64,000 bases of DNA from Leptonemataceae bacterium (GCA_965227295.1 OZ245742.1:5088001-5152000), one strand, 5' to 3'; positions 9,948-20,900 are shown, counted from the first letter of the stretch. The notes: generated by a model not told the origin, from the sequence alone. Translations and numbers: made by a program.

Positions 9948-12900
9948 CTACTTGCTCGACGGAATTGCATTAATGAGACGCTGGATTTGCTCCAATGCGT
10001 CGCTGTTTTTGACACCCTCGTCTACCGTCGAAGGATCGATGAGTGTCACGCTTCCGGTCTTTACGTCGACCATAATCTGCGGATCCCCCACGCTGATCGG
10101 TGGGATACCGTTATCAGGATCTCCGCGCAGAAACTTGTGCAATTCCTTCAGTTTTTTCCGGGTCTTGTCGCGCATGGCGGGCGGCGCATCCGGAGCTTCC
10201 TTCTTGATCTTCGAGAAATCGGTCTTACAGTTGTGTCCCTTCAGCTTACGCATGAGCACACCGTAACCCTCCTCTCCTCTGCCGATGTTTTCCATTCGAC
10301 GAACTTCACTCGCGTCGACAATATCAACCTTCGCCCCCCGGGCCGCCTTGAGATTCTGGAGTTCCTTGAGTCTCCTCACCATCCCACGTAAGGCGTCCGG
10401 GTTGCGCGGATCCAGCGGTCGGGCGAGGACGACATCGTTTATGGGCTTGCCCGTCTTACGATCGAACAGGTCGTAGATCTGTTTTTCGTCGCCTTTCGCA
10501 CCATTGCGTGCCTCGCGTTTAATATCATGGGTCTCAAGTTTATCCCACGTTTTTTGGAAGCGGCGAAGGTACGACTTTAGACCGCATGCGAGACAGTCAT
10601 CCGCATCGTTGTCATTGTGCACCAACCACGCCGCGTCACCCGCGAAGTAGTTATGATCGCCCTCGACCTCGATGTTGAAGATCGGCTCGCTGCGTTTTAG
10701 TTGCCGCGTTTCAATACTCGTAATCGCCGCGAGTTCACCGTCCACCGGACGCAGGCGATCGCCGACCTTCAGGTCTTTCGCCGCGACCCACTCCCCGCGC
10801 TCCTCGATCCAGAACGGGTGGTTGTCGGTAGCGGTGATGGAGTCCTGGCCGACACGAATGTCGTACCAAACGATAGTGATGTCCCGGAAAAGCTGCGTAA
10901 CCTTGCGTTCGGTCGCTTTACCGGTCGCGGTATCGAAGGCGAGCACTGAATCACCGATGGCCAGATCTTCAATGTTTACCCGACCATCCGGCGTGAGTAC
11001 CGGCGTTCCGGAGGGCAGACATTTGGTACAGACGGAACATGCTGCCAGGCCGATCTTATCGAGTTTGTCTTTGCTCTTGCGTGACGCCCCGGCGACCAAC
11101 TTATCCAGGGCCTTCTTGCTCTGCTTCCCGATCATGTCGCCGACTTTCGTGCCGCTTGCCAGGTCAAAACCCGCAAGAGCGATGCCCAGGTAGTCGGGCT
11201 TACGAACGGCAACGATAAGGTCCGCCGCGGCGATAAAACGACCGAGCCCCGGCACAAAGCTGGCCACGGTTCCCATCGCCGGGTCTCCGCCGGCCTCGGA
11301 AATCGCCTCGGCAAACTTAAAAAACTCCTCTATGTGAAAGTCGCCGGTAACCAGAGCAACGGCCGCCTCTTTCACATTCGAGAGCTTATCACCCGCCTCA
11401 TTGATGAGACCCAGGGCGATCTCTCTGGCAGTGTCGAGGTACTGATCAAGCAGGCCCTGTTCCCGATCTTCGTCATTCGTATGTTCCAGGCCGGGCTGTT
11501 CTTTTTTCATGGCGGCTTCGAGTTCCGCCGCGTAACGTTGTTTGATTATCTCCTTCGCCGCCTTGCGCCGCATCAGCGCGGCCTGGGCGCGTTTCTCCTG
11601 GGCGTCGCGGTACTCCTTGCCGGACTCATACTCCGTCAGCCACTCGGACACCCACTCGTCCGGCGTCTTCGCCTCACCGTTCGCAGTGACCCACTTCGTA
11701 GGTTTACCGGGAACGACCTTTAGAATGCTCTCGGGCGATTGAGACGAGGGTCGACCGCTCAGTTCCACTCGCAGTGCGTTCAGCGCACGATTGTAGACGG
11801 CGTCGTTGTAGTCGCGCTTACCCGCATCGAGGCCTTCTTCCAGGGCCTTCGCGGAACCACCGTTGAGATTCAGCTCCGGATCCGGGATCCCATCCAGGCA
11901 CTGGACCTGCGATTCGCCTGTAAGATTAATGCATTTGTCGATCGCCGCTTTACGTTCGCTGCGGCTGTCGCCGGTGAGCTTTGCCTGCTCGGATACGAAC
12001 TGCTGACCGACCGGAGAATTCGCCATCCAGTAACCGACGAACTCTTCTTTGGTCAGCTTGAGCATGCCGCCCGTGTCGCCTCCCCCCAGGTCGATCGGCT
12101 TGATATTCTCGCAGACGATGTAATCGCCTTCCGCGTAGACCTTCCTGTTGTCGCTGTTCAGAGCCGATCCCGTCTTTTCCCAGGGAATCTGCTTCTCTAC
12201 ATTCGATAGTTCCCCATCGAACACAACGTTGTACATCGCCTCGGTAAACGAACCGTCGCGATTTACGTAAGCCGGATCCGCGATGGGAAAGGTAACGCGT
12301 TTCTCGCTCGTGCGATCCCATCCCGAGGCTACTCCCGGGGGATCCCAGATCGAAGCCGTGCCTCCCATATCTCGCGAACGCGCGCTATCGAGGTTGCCCG
12401 TGAGCAGACTGAGCGTATCCTGTTCGCCCATAACGGAATTCAGTAACGCCGGATCGAGTTCGATGCCGGTCAGGTCACCGATTTCCTCTGCAATAGAGGC
12501 GAGTAATTCTTCCTCGTTGATATCGTAGGTAAAACCGTCTTCGTCCAGGCCGGCGGTAATGCCGTGTCCGGACAGCCCCGCACCGAAGCCGTTCTCGGTA
12601 TCGTAACCGCCGCTCAGATCGAAGCCGTTCACGCTGCCGCTGGTACCGATCGAGGCGTTGCCGTTGGAATCGGCGCCGGCGTTAACATTCACACCGTCGA
12701 TGTTACCGCTGACGTCACCGGAGACGGTGCCGTTGCCGTCCACACCCGCGTTGACATTGACGCCGTCGATATTCCCGCTGACGCCGCCGGACACGTTGCC
12801 GTTCGAATCCACGCCGGCATTCACGTCGATCGCATTGCCGTCCGGATCTTCTCCCGAAATGCTCGTGGAAACATTGCCATTGGAATCGCCGCTGACACTC

Positions 12901-15900
12901 ACATCGGTGCCGTCGATGGAACCGGACACCCCGCCGCTGATCGTTCCATCGGGTCCGATGCCGGTCGTCAGCCCAACGCCGTCGATATGCGTCGTAACAC
13001 CGCCGGTGACGTTGCCGTTCTCGTCGACACCCGCATTAACGTCCGTGCCGTTGATGTTACCCGCGACGCCGCCGGTGACGTTGCCGTTCTCGTCCACGCC
13101 CGCGTTCACATCCGTTCCGTTGATATTACCTGACACACCACCGGTGACGTTGCCGTTCTCGTCCACGCCCGCGTTCACATCCGTGCCGTTAATATTACCC
13201 GCGACGCCGCCGGTGACGTTGCCGTCCTCGTCCACGCCCGCGTTCACATCCGTGCCGTTGATGTTACCCGCGACGCCGCCGGTGACGTTGCCGTTCTCGT
13301 CCACGCCCGCATTCACATCCGTTCCGTTGATATTACCTGACACACCACCGGTGACGTTGCCGTTCTCGTCCACGCCCGCATTGACGTCCGTTCCGTTGAT
13401 GTTACCTGACACACCACCGGTGACGTTGCCGTTCTCGTCCACGCCCGCATTAACGTCCGTTCCGTTGATGTTACCCGAGACATTGCCGGTTACGTTGCCG
13501 TTCTCGTCGACACCCGCGTTCACATCCGTGCCGTTGAGATTGCCCGCGACGCCGCCCGTTACGTTGCCGTCGCCGTCGACGTCCGCGTTGACATCCACAT
13601 CACCGATCGTACCCGCAACACCGCCCGTTACGTTCCCATTCTCATCGATACCCAGGTTCAAATCCAGGTCGTCGATGCTGCCCGTGACGCCGCCCGTTAC
13701 GTTGCCGTTTTCGTCGCTGCCCGCATTTACATCGACGTCGTCGATGTTGCCGGCCAGAAATCCCGTCCAGCCGTCGGGACCGAGGGCAAAACCGCCGTCC
13801 AGGTCCCCATTTGAATAACCGCCGGAAGCAGTGAGCCCCGTGGAGGGGTTGTATGCCAGATCCGCGAAGCCGTCTTCGCCGTCCCAGTCCACCGATGCGG
13901 AGAATCCGGTCGCAGGATCGTACAGGACACCGCCGGACAACGTGTTCTCGTCGTCGACGAGCGAGGCTTGAAGAGTCGCGGCTTCGAGATTGCCGGATGC
14001 ATCGAAGTACAGACCGCCCGTCGCGCCCAGACCGTTCCCGGCATCATCGAAGTCCTCATAGCCCGCCACGACCGCGGCGCCCGTGAATCCGGACCGATCA
14101 AACTCCATGGCTCCGGCGGCGGAAAAACCGTCATCGTTCGAGTAACCGCCATCGAGTCTTCCGCCGGTAACTCCTGTTCGATCAAAGTTAAGGCCCGCCG
14201 TCAGTCCCAGGCCGTCCTCCCCGTAGCCGACCGTAAGGCTCCCGCCGGTAACACCCTGGCCTTCTTGAAACGAAAGACTGCCGCCGACCGTGAAGCCGGT
14301 GTCGCCGAGCGGCAGCGCCCCGCCGATGGAACCGCCGAAGCCGTTCTCCGGATCGTACGTCAGGCTGACGCTACCGCCGACCTGCTGGGCAAAAAGATTT
14401 GCGTAGGCTCCCACACCGGAGGCCGCGGCCTGCTTTAAGATCGTATCCGTATCTTCGCCGGCAAGATAACCTTTATAGGCACCCTTCGCCGCCATGTATC
14501 CGGCAAACGCCGCCGAGCCCCAACCGCTGCCGACGGCCGCGGCGCCGGCCACTTTTTCACCGGCCTGCACGGCCGTTCCCAGGGCCGGATTGTGATCGGC
14601 GTTTCGCCAGACGTAGGTCGTACCGAGCGTCGCCACGTCCTCGGGCTTCGGCTGTGCCGCTTCCTGCGCGGCCTTCTTTTTGTTTTTGTCGGCGATGGTC
14701 GTGCGCTTCAGGAAACCGGCGAGGCCGGGAATGCCCGTCGCCTCTTCCAGTTTTTCCGCGACGAGTTCATCGGTGTAGGCCTGGAAGGCGGCCGTCATGT
14801 TTTCGCCGCTGAAGTCGACACCGCCGCCCGAAACGAGCCCGCTCACGAATCCCGCCGGCAGACCCGTCGCATCGACGATCGCCTGGGCGATGAGATTATC
14901 CGTTTCCGTTTCCACGTAATCACGGACGGCGTCCTGCGCCGACATGCCGCCCATCATCGACGTGAAGATGCCGGCCGGGAACCCGGTGACCTCGGCGACA
15001 TGCGCGGCCACCTGATTCTGCATATGATTCGTGACGGCCTGTTGCAGGGAAATGCCGCCGGAGAACATCGCCGTGGCGATGGACTGCAACTGCGACATGA
15101 AGCCTTTCTTCTTTTTCTTGCGTTTAATCTGAGCCTGGATGTCGTTTTGAAAATTCTGAAAGTTGTCGACGGCAGTCTGATTGGCGGCCTGGAGAATGCT
15201 CTGCACACCCTTGAACTTCGCTTCGAGTAATTCCTGATTCTCCGCGACGTTGTCCTGATACTCATCGATGACCGCGGATCGATCCCACTGCTCGAAGACG
15301 TTGCCGGTATCCACCATCTTCACCGGCGGCGGCGGAGCGATGTTCAAAGCCTGCTCGGTGAATTCGGCGTCGTAGTCATCCGCGGAGAGACCGGATCCGC
15401 GGTTATGAACGGCGCGACCGCTGTGAATTTGTCGGGTGGCGCTGATCGAGCCGTCGGCGTTGATGGTAGTTTCGAAACCCTCCACGCCGATGCCGCTGAT
15501 GTCCTGGCCCTGCGCCACCGCGGCGATCCGATTCGTCGCCTGTTCGCGCTGCTCGTGTATGCGACGGTTCAGCTCCGATGCCAGGGTCAGCTGGGCGACA
15601 CCGCGCGCGCTCTGATTAAAACTCTGCGCGACCCCGTTCAACAGTGAGAAGTCGGGGGCGTTCCCGCCGCGTTCCAGCAGCGCATCCGTCCCCGCCACGC
15701 TGCGTTCGAAGACATCGCCTGCCGCGGCCACCACGGCCAGCGCCCGCTTCGTCGCGTTTTCATCGAGGGGGGCCGGCGCCGCGGCCTTGCCTGCGACCAC
15801 CGCGCGCCACTGATTGCGGCCGTTGCGATACTCGGTGAGCATGCCCGCGTACCAACGATTGCGCTCCCCGACGATCTGCCCCACCGCGGCTTCGTAGGCC

Positions 15901-17828
15901 GCCTTCGCGCTGGCACGTTGTTGATCCGCTTCGGCCTGCCAGGCCGCGTAGTCCGCCTGAAACGTGGCGACCTGGGCCTCCCAGTTTTGAATCGCGGGAA
16001 GGATGTCGTCGCGCCAGTGGGCCACGACGGGATCCAAATCATTAACATAACCCTGCCAGATGTTAGCGTTGTGCCGGGCGTTCGCATCCTCCCAGGTGTA
16101 GTTCACCATGGTATAGTAGGTGATCGAGGGTAAATGATACGTGTAAGTCCAGTTGGTTGAGACCACGTTCCCGGGACTACCGACGCAACGGCCTATCGAA
16201 CGCGGATTCGTGCTGATTGTACCGTCGCACCAGCTCTGGCTGCCGTTCCTGGATATGATGACCCGGAAGGTATTGTCCCCGGCCTGGCCCAGGTGGGGAT
16301 GAACGGGGCCGGAATTGTACACGGCGTCCCCGCCCCCCACTGCGCCGGAGTAGCGCTGACCGCAGGAAACACCGCCCGCGTTCGTCGCCGGTCCGGAAGT
16401 ACAATTGCCGCGAGACTCCCAGGGAACCGACAGCGTACTGTGAGTCACCTCGACGTACGAATTGTACAGCTCCGCAAACTGCACGGACACGATGTCGTGC
16501 TGAGGATTGCCGAGCGCGGCCTGGTAAGCGTCGGCGTAACTCATCACCGCGGTGGAATTGCCGCTACGGTGCGCCAGGATCGCGGCGACATGTGGCTGTG
16601 CTTTAATCGCCGCGATGGCCGCGTTCGTATGGGCTTCCATCTGGCTGACGTACGAAAAACCAGGCGAGATATACGTGTTCGCCGGATCTTCCATATAGTT
16701 CAGCGTATCCTGATAACTATATGGATTGACCGGCAGCGTTCCCATAAGCGAGGCGTAGTTCAGTCCGATCGACCAGGTATTCGTCCCCGTGCTCTGGGCC
16801 AGCCAGTTGTTGTACTCCGTCTGCGCAAACGTGCGCTGCGCATCCAGCGCGGTGTACATCGTGTTCGCAAGTACGGACAGCGGTTGATCATTCGCCAGAC
16901 CGTCGTTCAAATCATCGATGAGGGTCTGCATCGTGGACGCCGCCGCGGTGGGACTGCCGTAATCAATGGAGCAGTTGTTTTCGCTATCGCAGTTCCAATC
17001 GTAAAACACACCCGACGTGTTCAGATAGTTTTGCATGAACGCCGTCGCCGTGCTGATGCCCTGGCGCACGGTTTCTTCGTAGGCGTCGATGCGTGCCTGG
17101 GTCGCAAGGAACTCGGCTTCTTTTTCCGCCAGCGCGCCGTTCGCCGTATCGTACTGCGCCTGGAGTTTGGCCAGGGCCGTTTGAAATTGGTAGAGGCCGT
17201 CCGCGAAATTTTTCTGAAAGTCCCGTTCCCACTCCTGGTAGTCACGTTCGATGTCTTCGGTGGTCGACTCTTCCTGAGCCGCCTCCGCGCGACCGGCCGA
17301 CACGCTGTCGTCGGATTCCTCGGCCGCCGCGCGTTCTTTCTCCTCCGCAAGTTCCGAGAGAAAGGCCACACGCTGTTGATCGATTTCCAGATTCGCCGCG
17401 GATTCCCAGGCCGCGAACTGCGACTGCTTCTGCAACAGCAACTCGCCCCTTAAGTACTCCCGATATTCAGCTACGGTATTGAAGTGATCGGACTGAGCAA
17501 CGGCATTCACGTAACCTTCGATTTCGGCGTCGATGCTCGTTTCCCAGGTGGCCGCGAGCACGTACTTGCCCTGCTCAACGATGTACTCCCAGTCCGCCTG
17601 GGAGCGCGAGGACTCCGCGTAATTGAAGTAGGGATCAAGATCCCCGGAGCCGTAGGTGGGCGTGCTGCCCAGCGCCGGCACCGGAACGGGCTGGGCCTGA
17701 AGCGAGACATAAGGCTGCGTGAATAGAAAGAGGGACGTGAGGACCAAAGCCGCGCTCACCAGGCGCGTCGGCAGACTGTATCGCCTCCGCGATCGAGCTC
17801 GATGGTAAACGGCGTACGATTCGTGCAT
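9948..17828 (-). CDS. Giant TIGR04388-like polymorphic toxin (paralog 2, 2626 aa): signal peptide, coiled coils, beta-repeat stalk, Hint, kinase-like C-terminus
   Basis: Signal peptide ending SLQA|QPVPVP; Hint CLPSGTPVLTPDG...LVHN at 10614..11021; 221-aa C-terminal domain. Confidence 0.85.
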   Translation of the reverse strand: MHESYAVYHRARSRRRYSLPTRLVSAALVLTSLFLFTQPYVSLQAQPVPVPALGSTPTYGSGDLDPYFNYAESSRSQADWEYIVEQGKYVLAATWETSIDAEIEGYVNAVAQSDHFNTVAEYREYLRGELLLQKQSQFAAWESAANLEIDQQRVAFLSELAEEKERAAAEESDDSVSAGRAEAAQEESTTEDIERDYQEWERDFQKNFADGLYQFQTALAKLQAQYDTANGALAEKEAEFLATQARIDAYEETVRQGISTATAFMQNYLNTSGVFYDWNCDSENNCSIDYGSPTAAASTMQTLIDDLNDGLANDQPLSVLANTMYTALDAQRTFAQTEYNNWLAQSTGTNTWSIGLNYASLMGTLPVNPYSYQDTLNYMEDPANTYISPGFSYVSQMEAHTNAAIAAIKAQPHVAAILAHRSGNSTAVMSYADAYQAALGNPQHDIVSVQFAELYNSYVEVTHSTLSVPWESRGNCTSGPATNAGGVSCGQRYSGAVGGGDAVYNSGPVHPHLGQAGDNTFRVIISRNGSQSWCDGTISTNPRSIGRCVGSPGNVVSTNWTYTYHLPSITYYTMVNYTWEDANARHNANIWQGYVNDLDPVVAHWRDDILPAIQNWEAQVATFQADYAAWQAEADQQRASAKAAYEAAVGQIVGERNRWYAGMLTEYRNGRNQWRAVVAGKAAAPAPLDENATKRALAVVAAAGDVFERSVAGTDALLERGGNAPDFSLLNGVAQSFNQSARGVAQLTLASELNRRIHEQREQATNRIAAVAQGQDISGIGVEGFETTINADGSISATRQIHSGRAVHNRGSGLSADDYDAEFTEQALNIAPPPPVKMVDTGNVFEQWDRSAVIDEYQDNVAENQELLEAKFKGVQSILQAANQTAVDNFQNFQNDIQAQIKRKKKKKGFMSQLQSIATAMFSGGISLQQAVTNHMQNQVAAHVAEVTGFPAGIFTSMMGGMSAQDAVRDYVETETDNLIAQAIVDATGLPAGFVSGLVSGGGVDFSGENMTAAFQAYTDELVAEKLEEATGIPGLAGFLKRTTIADKNKKKAAQEAAQPKPEDVATLGTTYVWRNADHNPALGTAVQAGEKVAGAAAVGSGWGSAAFAGYMAAKGAYKGYLAGEDTDTILKQAAASGVGAYANLFAQQVGGSVSLTYDPENGFGGSIGGALPLGDTGFTVGGSLSFQEGQGVTGGSLTVGYGEDGLGLTAGLNFDRTGVTGGRLDGGYSNDDGFSAAGAMEFDRSGFTGAAVVAGYEDFDDAGNGLGATGGLYFDASGNLEAATLQASLVDDENTLSGGVLYDPATGFSASVDWDGEDGFADLAYNPSTGLTASGGYSNGDLDGGFALGPDGWTGFLAGNIDDVDVNAGSDENGNVTGGVTGSIDDLDLNLGIDENGNVTGGVAGTIGDVDVNADVDGDGNVTGGVAGNLNGTDVNAGVDENGNVTGNVSGNINGTDVNAGVDENGNVTGGVSGNINGTDVNAGVDENGNVTGGVSGNINGTDVNAGVDENGNVTGGVAGNINGTDVNAGVDEDGNVTGGVAGNINGTDVNAGVDENGNVTGGVSGNINGTDVNAGVDENGNVTGGVAGNINGTDVNAGVDENGNVTGGVTTHIDGVGLTTGIGPDGTISGGVSGSIDGTDVSVSGDSNGNVSTSISGEDPDGNAIDVNAGVDSNGNVSGGVSGNIDGVNVNAGVDGNGTVSGDVSGNIDGVNVNAGADSNGNASIGTSGSVNGFDLSGGYDTENGFGAGLSGHGITAGLDEDGFTYDINEEELLASIAEEIGDLTGIELDPALLNSVMGEQDTLSLLTGNLDSARSRDMGGTASIWDPPGVASGWDRTSEKRVTFPIADPAYVNRDGSFTEAMYNVVFDGELSNVEKQIPWEKTGSALNSDNRKVYAEGDYIVCENIKPIDLGGGDTGGMLKLTKEEFVGYWMANSPVGQQFVSEQAKLTGDSRSERKAAIDKCINLTGESQVQCLDGIPDPELNLNGGSAKALEEGLDAGKRDYNDAVYNRALNALRVELSGRPSSQSPESILKVVPGKPTKWVTANGEAKTPDEWVSEWLTEYESGKEYRDAQEKRAQAALMRRKAAKEIIKQRYAAELEAAMKKEQPGLEHTNDEDREQGLLDQYLDTAREIALGLINEAGDKLSNVKEAAVALVTGDFHIEEFFKFAEAISEAGGDPAMGTVASFVPGLGRFIAAADLIVAVRKPDYLGIALAGFDLASGTKVGDMIGKQSKKALDKLVAGASRKSKDKLDKIGLAACSVCTKCLPSGTPVLTPDGRVNIEDLAIGDSVLAFDTATGKATERKVTQLFRDITIVWYDIRVGQDSITATDNHPFWIEERGEWVAAKDLKVGDRLRPVDGELAAITSIETRQLKRSEPIFNIEVEGDHNYFAGDAAWLVHNDNDADDCLACGLKSYLRRFQKTWDKLETHDIKREARNGAKGDEKQIYDLFDRKTGKPINDVVLARPLDPRNPDALRGMVRRLKELQNLKAARGAKVDIVDASEVRRMENIGRGEEGYGVLMRKLKGHNCKTDFSKIKKEAPDAPPAMRDKTRKKLKELHKFLRGDPDNGIPPISVGDPQIMVDVKTGSVTLIDPSTVDEGVKNSDALEQIQRLINAIPSSK
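10614..11021 (-). other. Hint domain of paralog 2
   Basis: CLPSGTPV...IEDLAIGDSV...TATDNHPFW...FNIEVEGDHNYFAG...LVHN|D. Confidence 0.9.
13003..13761. repeat. Intragenic 69-bp (23-aa) tandem repeat, 11 units plus degenerate flanking units
   Basis: ccggtgacgttgccgttctcgtcc recurs at 69-bp spacing (e.g. 13072, 13141, 13279, 13348, 13417); protein unit GNINGTDVNAGVDENGNVTGGVS/A. Confidence 0.95.
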
Positions 17829-17987
17829 GGCTTTGCTCCCATGCGAACAAGCTGCGTTGGCGATTGTTTGTAAAGGCCGTTTCTCTAAACAATACTTTGC
17901 AAACTGTTAATAAGACCTATAATACGGGCAGTTTCGGCCCGATTCCGACGAAAATCATCAATTTTATGTAACAATCCTGGCTCCGCC

Positions 17988-20900
17988 TCAGCGTAATTTT
18001 CCCATGCGCCGGCGTATCCATTGAAACATCTCCATCGACCAGGCCTGAATCATCCGCAGCCGCAACAGCTCCGACACCGGAATGCGCGCCGTCACGGCCA
18101 CGAGCAGCGGCGTCGCCAGCGTCGATGCCGCGAGACCGGCGATCACTGAAATGGAAATGCCGCGTAGAAACTCGCCGCCGTCGCCGGTGACCACGGTGAA
18201 CGGCAAATAAAACACCGCCGTGGCGCAGGCCGCGAGAAAGAGCTTCGCCATGGCCCGGCGGTCCTGCTGCATGGCGGCGAGCTCCGGCGTGCGCAATAAC
18301 ATCGCCTGAAGCGCCACCCAGGCGGCCAGAATCAAAAAGCCGATCAGGATCGTAATCGAAAGCGGAATGCGAAAGATAAACAACGCCGTGGCCGCCGCGA
18401 TGATCGGCAACGGCAACGGCACGAGCAACAGGAACGGCCGACGTAGCGACTCGAAGTAGGCGGCAAGAATCATGTACACGAGCAAAACCGAGAGCGCGAT
18501 GACCCGGTAAAAACGCTGACGGCTTTCCAGGGCAATGCGCAGCTCGCGTCCGAATTCAATGCGGTAGTTCGCCGGCAACTCCGCGGCCTGGAGTTCGTCC
18601 AGACGCGGGGTGAGCGTTTCGTAACCGGCATCGCCGAGTTGCAGGGAAAACGAGTAGGTACGTTTTTTATTTTTGCGATAGATCTTTACCGGCACCGTGC
18701 CCTCTTCCTGGCGGACGAGTTCCAGCATGGGTACAAACCTGCCCTCACCGGCTTTTAAGAAATAGTCCGCCAGTTGCTCCAGGCTGCGGCGAAACTTCTC
18801 GTCGTAGCGAATGCGCACGTCGATCTCGCGGTTCTCTTCGATAAACTTCGTCGCCACGCCGCCCTGAATGGCGAAGCGTACGTTCTGGCCGAAGTCCGCG
18901 GCGGTGAGGCCCACGCGCTGCGCCTTCACGCGATCGATCCACAGGCGCAGCTCCGGCCGCGGAGACTTGTACCGCAACACGACCTCGTTCACGCCCTCGT
19001 AGGTCTTCGCAAGATTCGCCATGTTCTTCGTGAGTTTGTCGAGGGTCTCCAGGTCTTCACCGAGGACGTGAATCGTGATCTCCCGCAGGGCGCCGGCGTC
19101 GGCTTCCGTGCTGAAGAAAACAAAGGCCGGCTCGTTGTTGCCCGCGGCCTCTTTCAACGTTTCAATGTAAGCCGGCGAAGCGTCCTGTCCGTCCTCTAAG
19201 GTAAGCCGCAGAGTGCTGCGCCCCGCCTCCACGCGGCTGCTGATCTCTTTCACCCCTTCCACTTTCAGAAGTTTCTCTTCGACCTTCTTCGAAGTTCCGT
19301 TTGTCGGACCGAAGGCGGTGCCCGAGGGAAACTCGATGAACGAATTCACGCGATTTTTTTCGAAAGAACTGCCCAGCTGTTGTTTCGAAAACGAAAAGAC
19401 CACGGCGCCCAGAACGAGAATCACGAAGTACGCCGCCACGCCGCGCCAGCCGGTGCGTTGCAAAGCGATGAACCAACCACGAATGCGATTCGGATACGCG
19501 CGATAGGCCGCGCCGTCGAAGCGTTGTTTCCACTTCCAGAGGCTCCGACGCAACGTATCCGCGCCCTTGCGAAACGGCGCGAACTGGTAACGCCGAAACT
19601 CGCGGCGACCGAGCAACACCGGCACGATCGTAAAACACAGCAGCAACGTCACCGCGGCGGGCACCGCCACGGCCACGGCAAAACCGCCGTAGAGAATCTT
19701 CAGCTCTTCGCCGGAAAACAACACCGGCACGAAGATCGCTCCCAGCACGAGCACGCCGGCGATCAGCTCCTGGCCCACCCGTTCCCCGGCCGCGGTGGGA
19801 CCGAAGCGGCGAATCGCCAGCACCGTCACGGTCAACAGCGTCAACGATACGCCGGCGCTCAGGATAAATCCCGAGATGGTCATTAAGTTGTACTCGAATC
19901 CGACTAAGAAAATCGCGAACGAGGAGATCAAAAACGAGACCGGCAGCGCCCCGAGCACCACGAGCGAAATACGCAACGAAAAGAAGGCGAAGTACAACAG
20001 CAACGCGGCGAAAAGCAGCCCCACCGCCCCGGCTATCAAGAGATTGCCCACGGCCGAACGAATCGTATCGGCCTGATCGTAGATCATCCGAAAGTCCACG
20101 TCGTCGCGGTGCACTTCTTGCATCGCCCGGCGCAGCTCGTCCGAGAGCACGAGCAGGTTCGCCTCGGAACCCTTATGCACGTAAATGCTGATGCGTTCCT
20201 CGCCGTTCCAGCGGGACGCCGTGTCCTGATCGCGGTAGGAGTACTTTACCTCGGCGACGTCGCGCAGCAGGATGGGACGGTTGTCCTCGGTGGTTTCCAG
20301 AATGAGATTGCGGATTTCTTCCAGGCTTTGAAAGCGCCCGCGACCGTAGACCGAGTAGCGCCCGCCGTTCGTATGCATGCGACCGAGGGCGACGTCGAAG
20401 TTGTTCGATTGCAGATCGCGCAGGATCTCCTGCATGGAAATGCCGCGGCTCTGCAACAAACCGGCATCACAGGATACCAGGACTTCGCGCACCTGACCGC
20501 CGGCGACGATGATCTCACTCACCCCGTCCACGCGCTCGAAGGCTTTTTTCACGCGGCGGTCCGCGAACTCGCGCTGCTGAAATAGATCCAGGGCCTCGCT
20601 TTCGAGGGCGACAATGAACACCGGACGTTTTTCCGGATCGTAGCGCAGTACCGTGGGCGGTTGCACCTCGCGCGGGAACGTCGCCGCCACCGGATCGATG
20701 CGTTCTCTAACTTCCAGTGCCTTGCGGTTAACATCCAGGCCCCGCGTGAACTCGATGTCGATGCGGGCCTTGCCTTCTTCGGAGACGGAGCGCAGTTCTT
20801 CGATGCCGCCCACCGACGACACCGCCTCTTCCATGGGGATCGTAATCTGCTCTTCGATCTTCTCCGGGCCCACGCCGCCGTAGTTGACCTCGACGGTGAG

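Noticed and set aside
10614..11021. Hint domains as mobile homing inteins
   Set aside because: Only 136-159 aa with no endonuclease; the +1 residue is not C/S/T in two of three; pre-C-terminal position fits a pretoxin Hint.
13003..13761. Regularly spaced repeats resembling a CRISPR array
   Set aside because: In-frame coding repeat with no unique spacers and no cas genes.
12658..13818. 386-aa Pro/Thr-rich mucin-like ORF on the plus strand
   Set aside because: Antisense reading of the 69-bp coding repeat in paralog 2.
17897..17923. TTGCAA-N15-TATAAT sigma70-like motif
   Set aside because: Short spacer and points antisense into the RND gene; unsupported.
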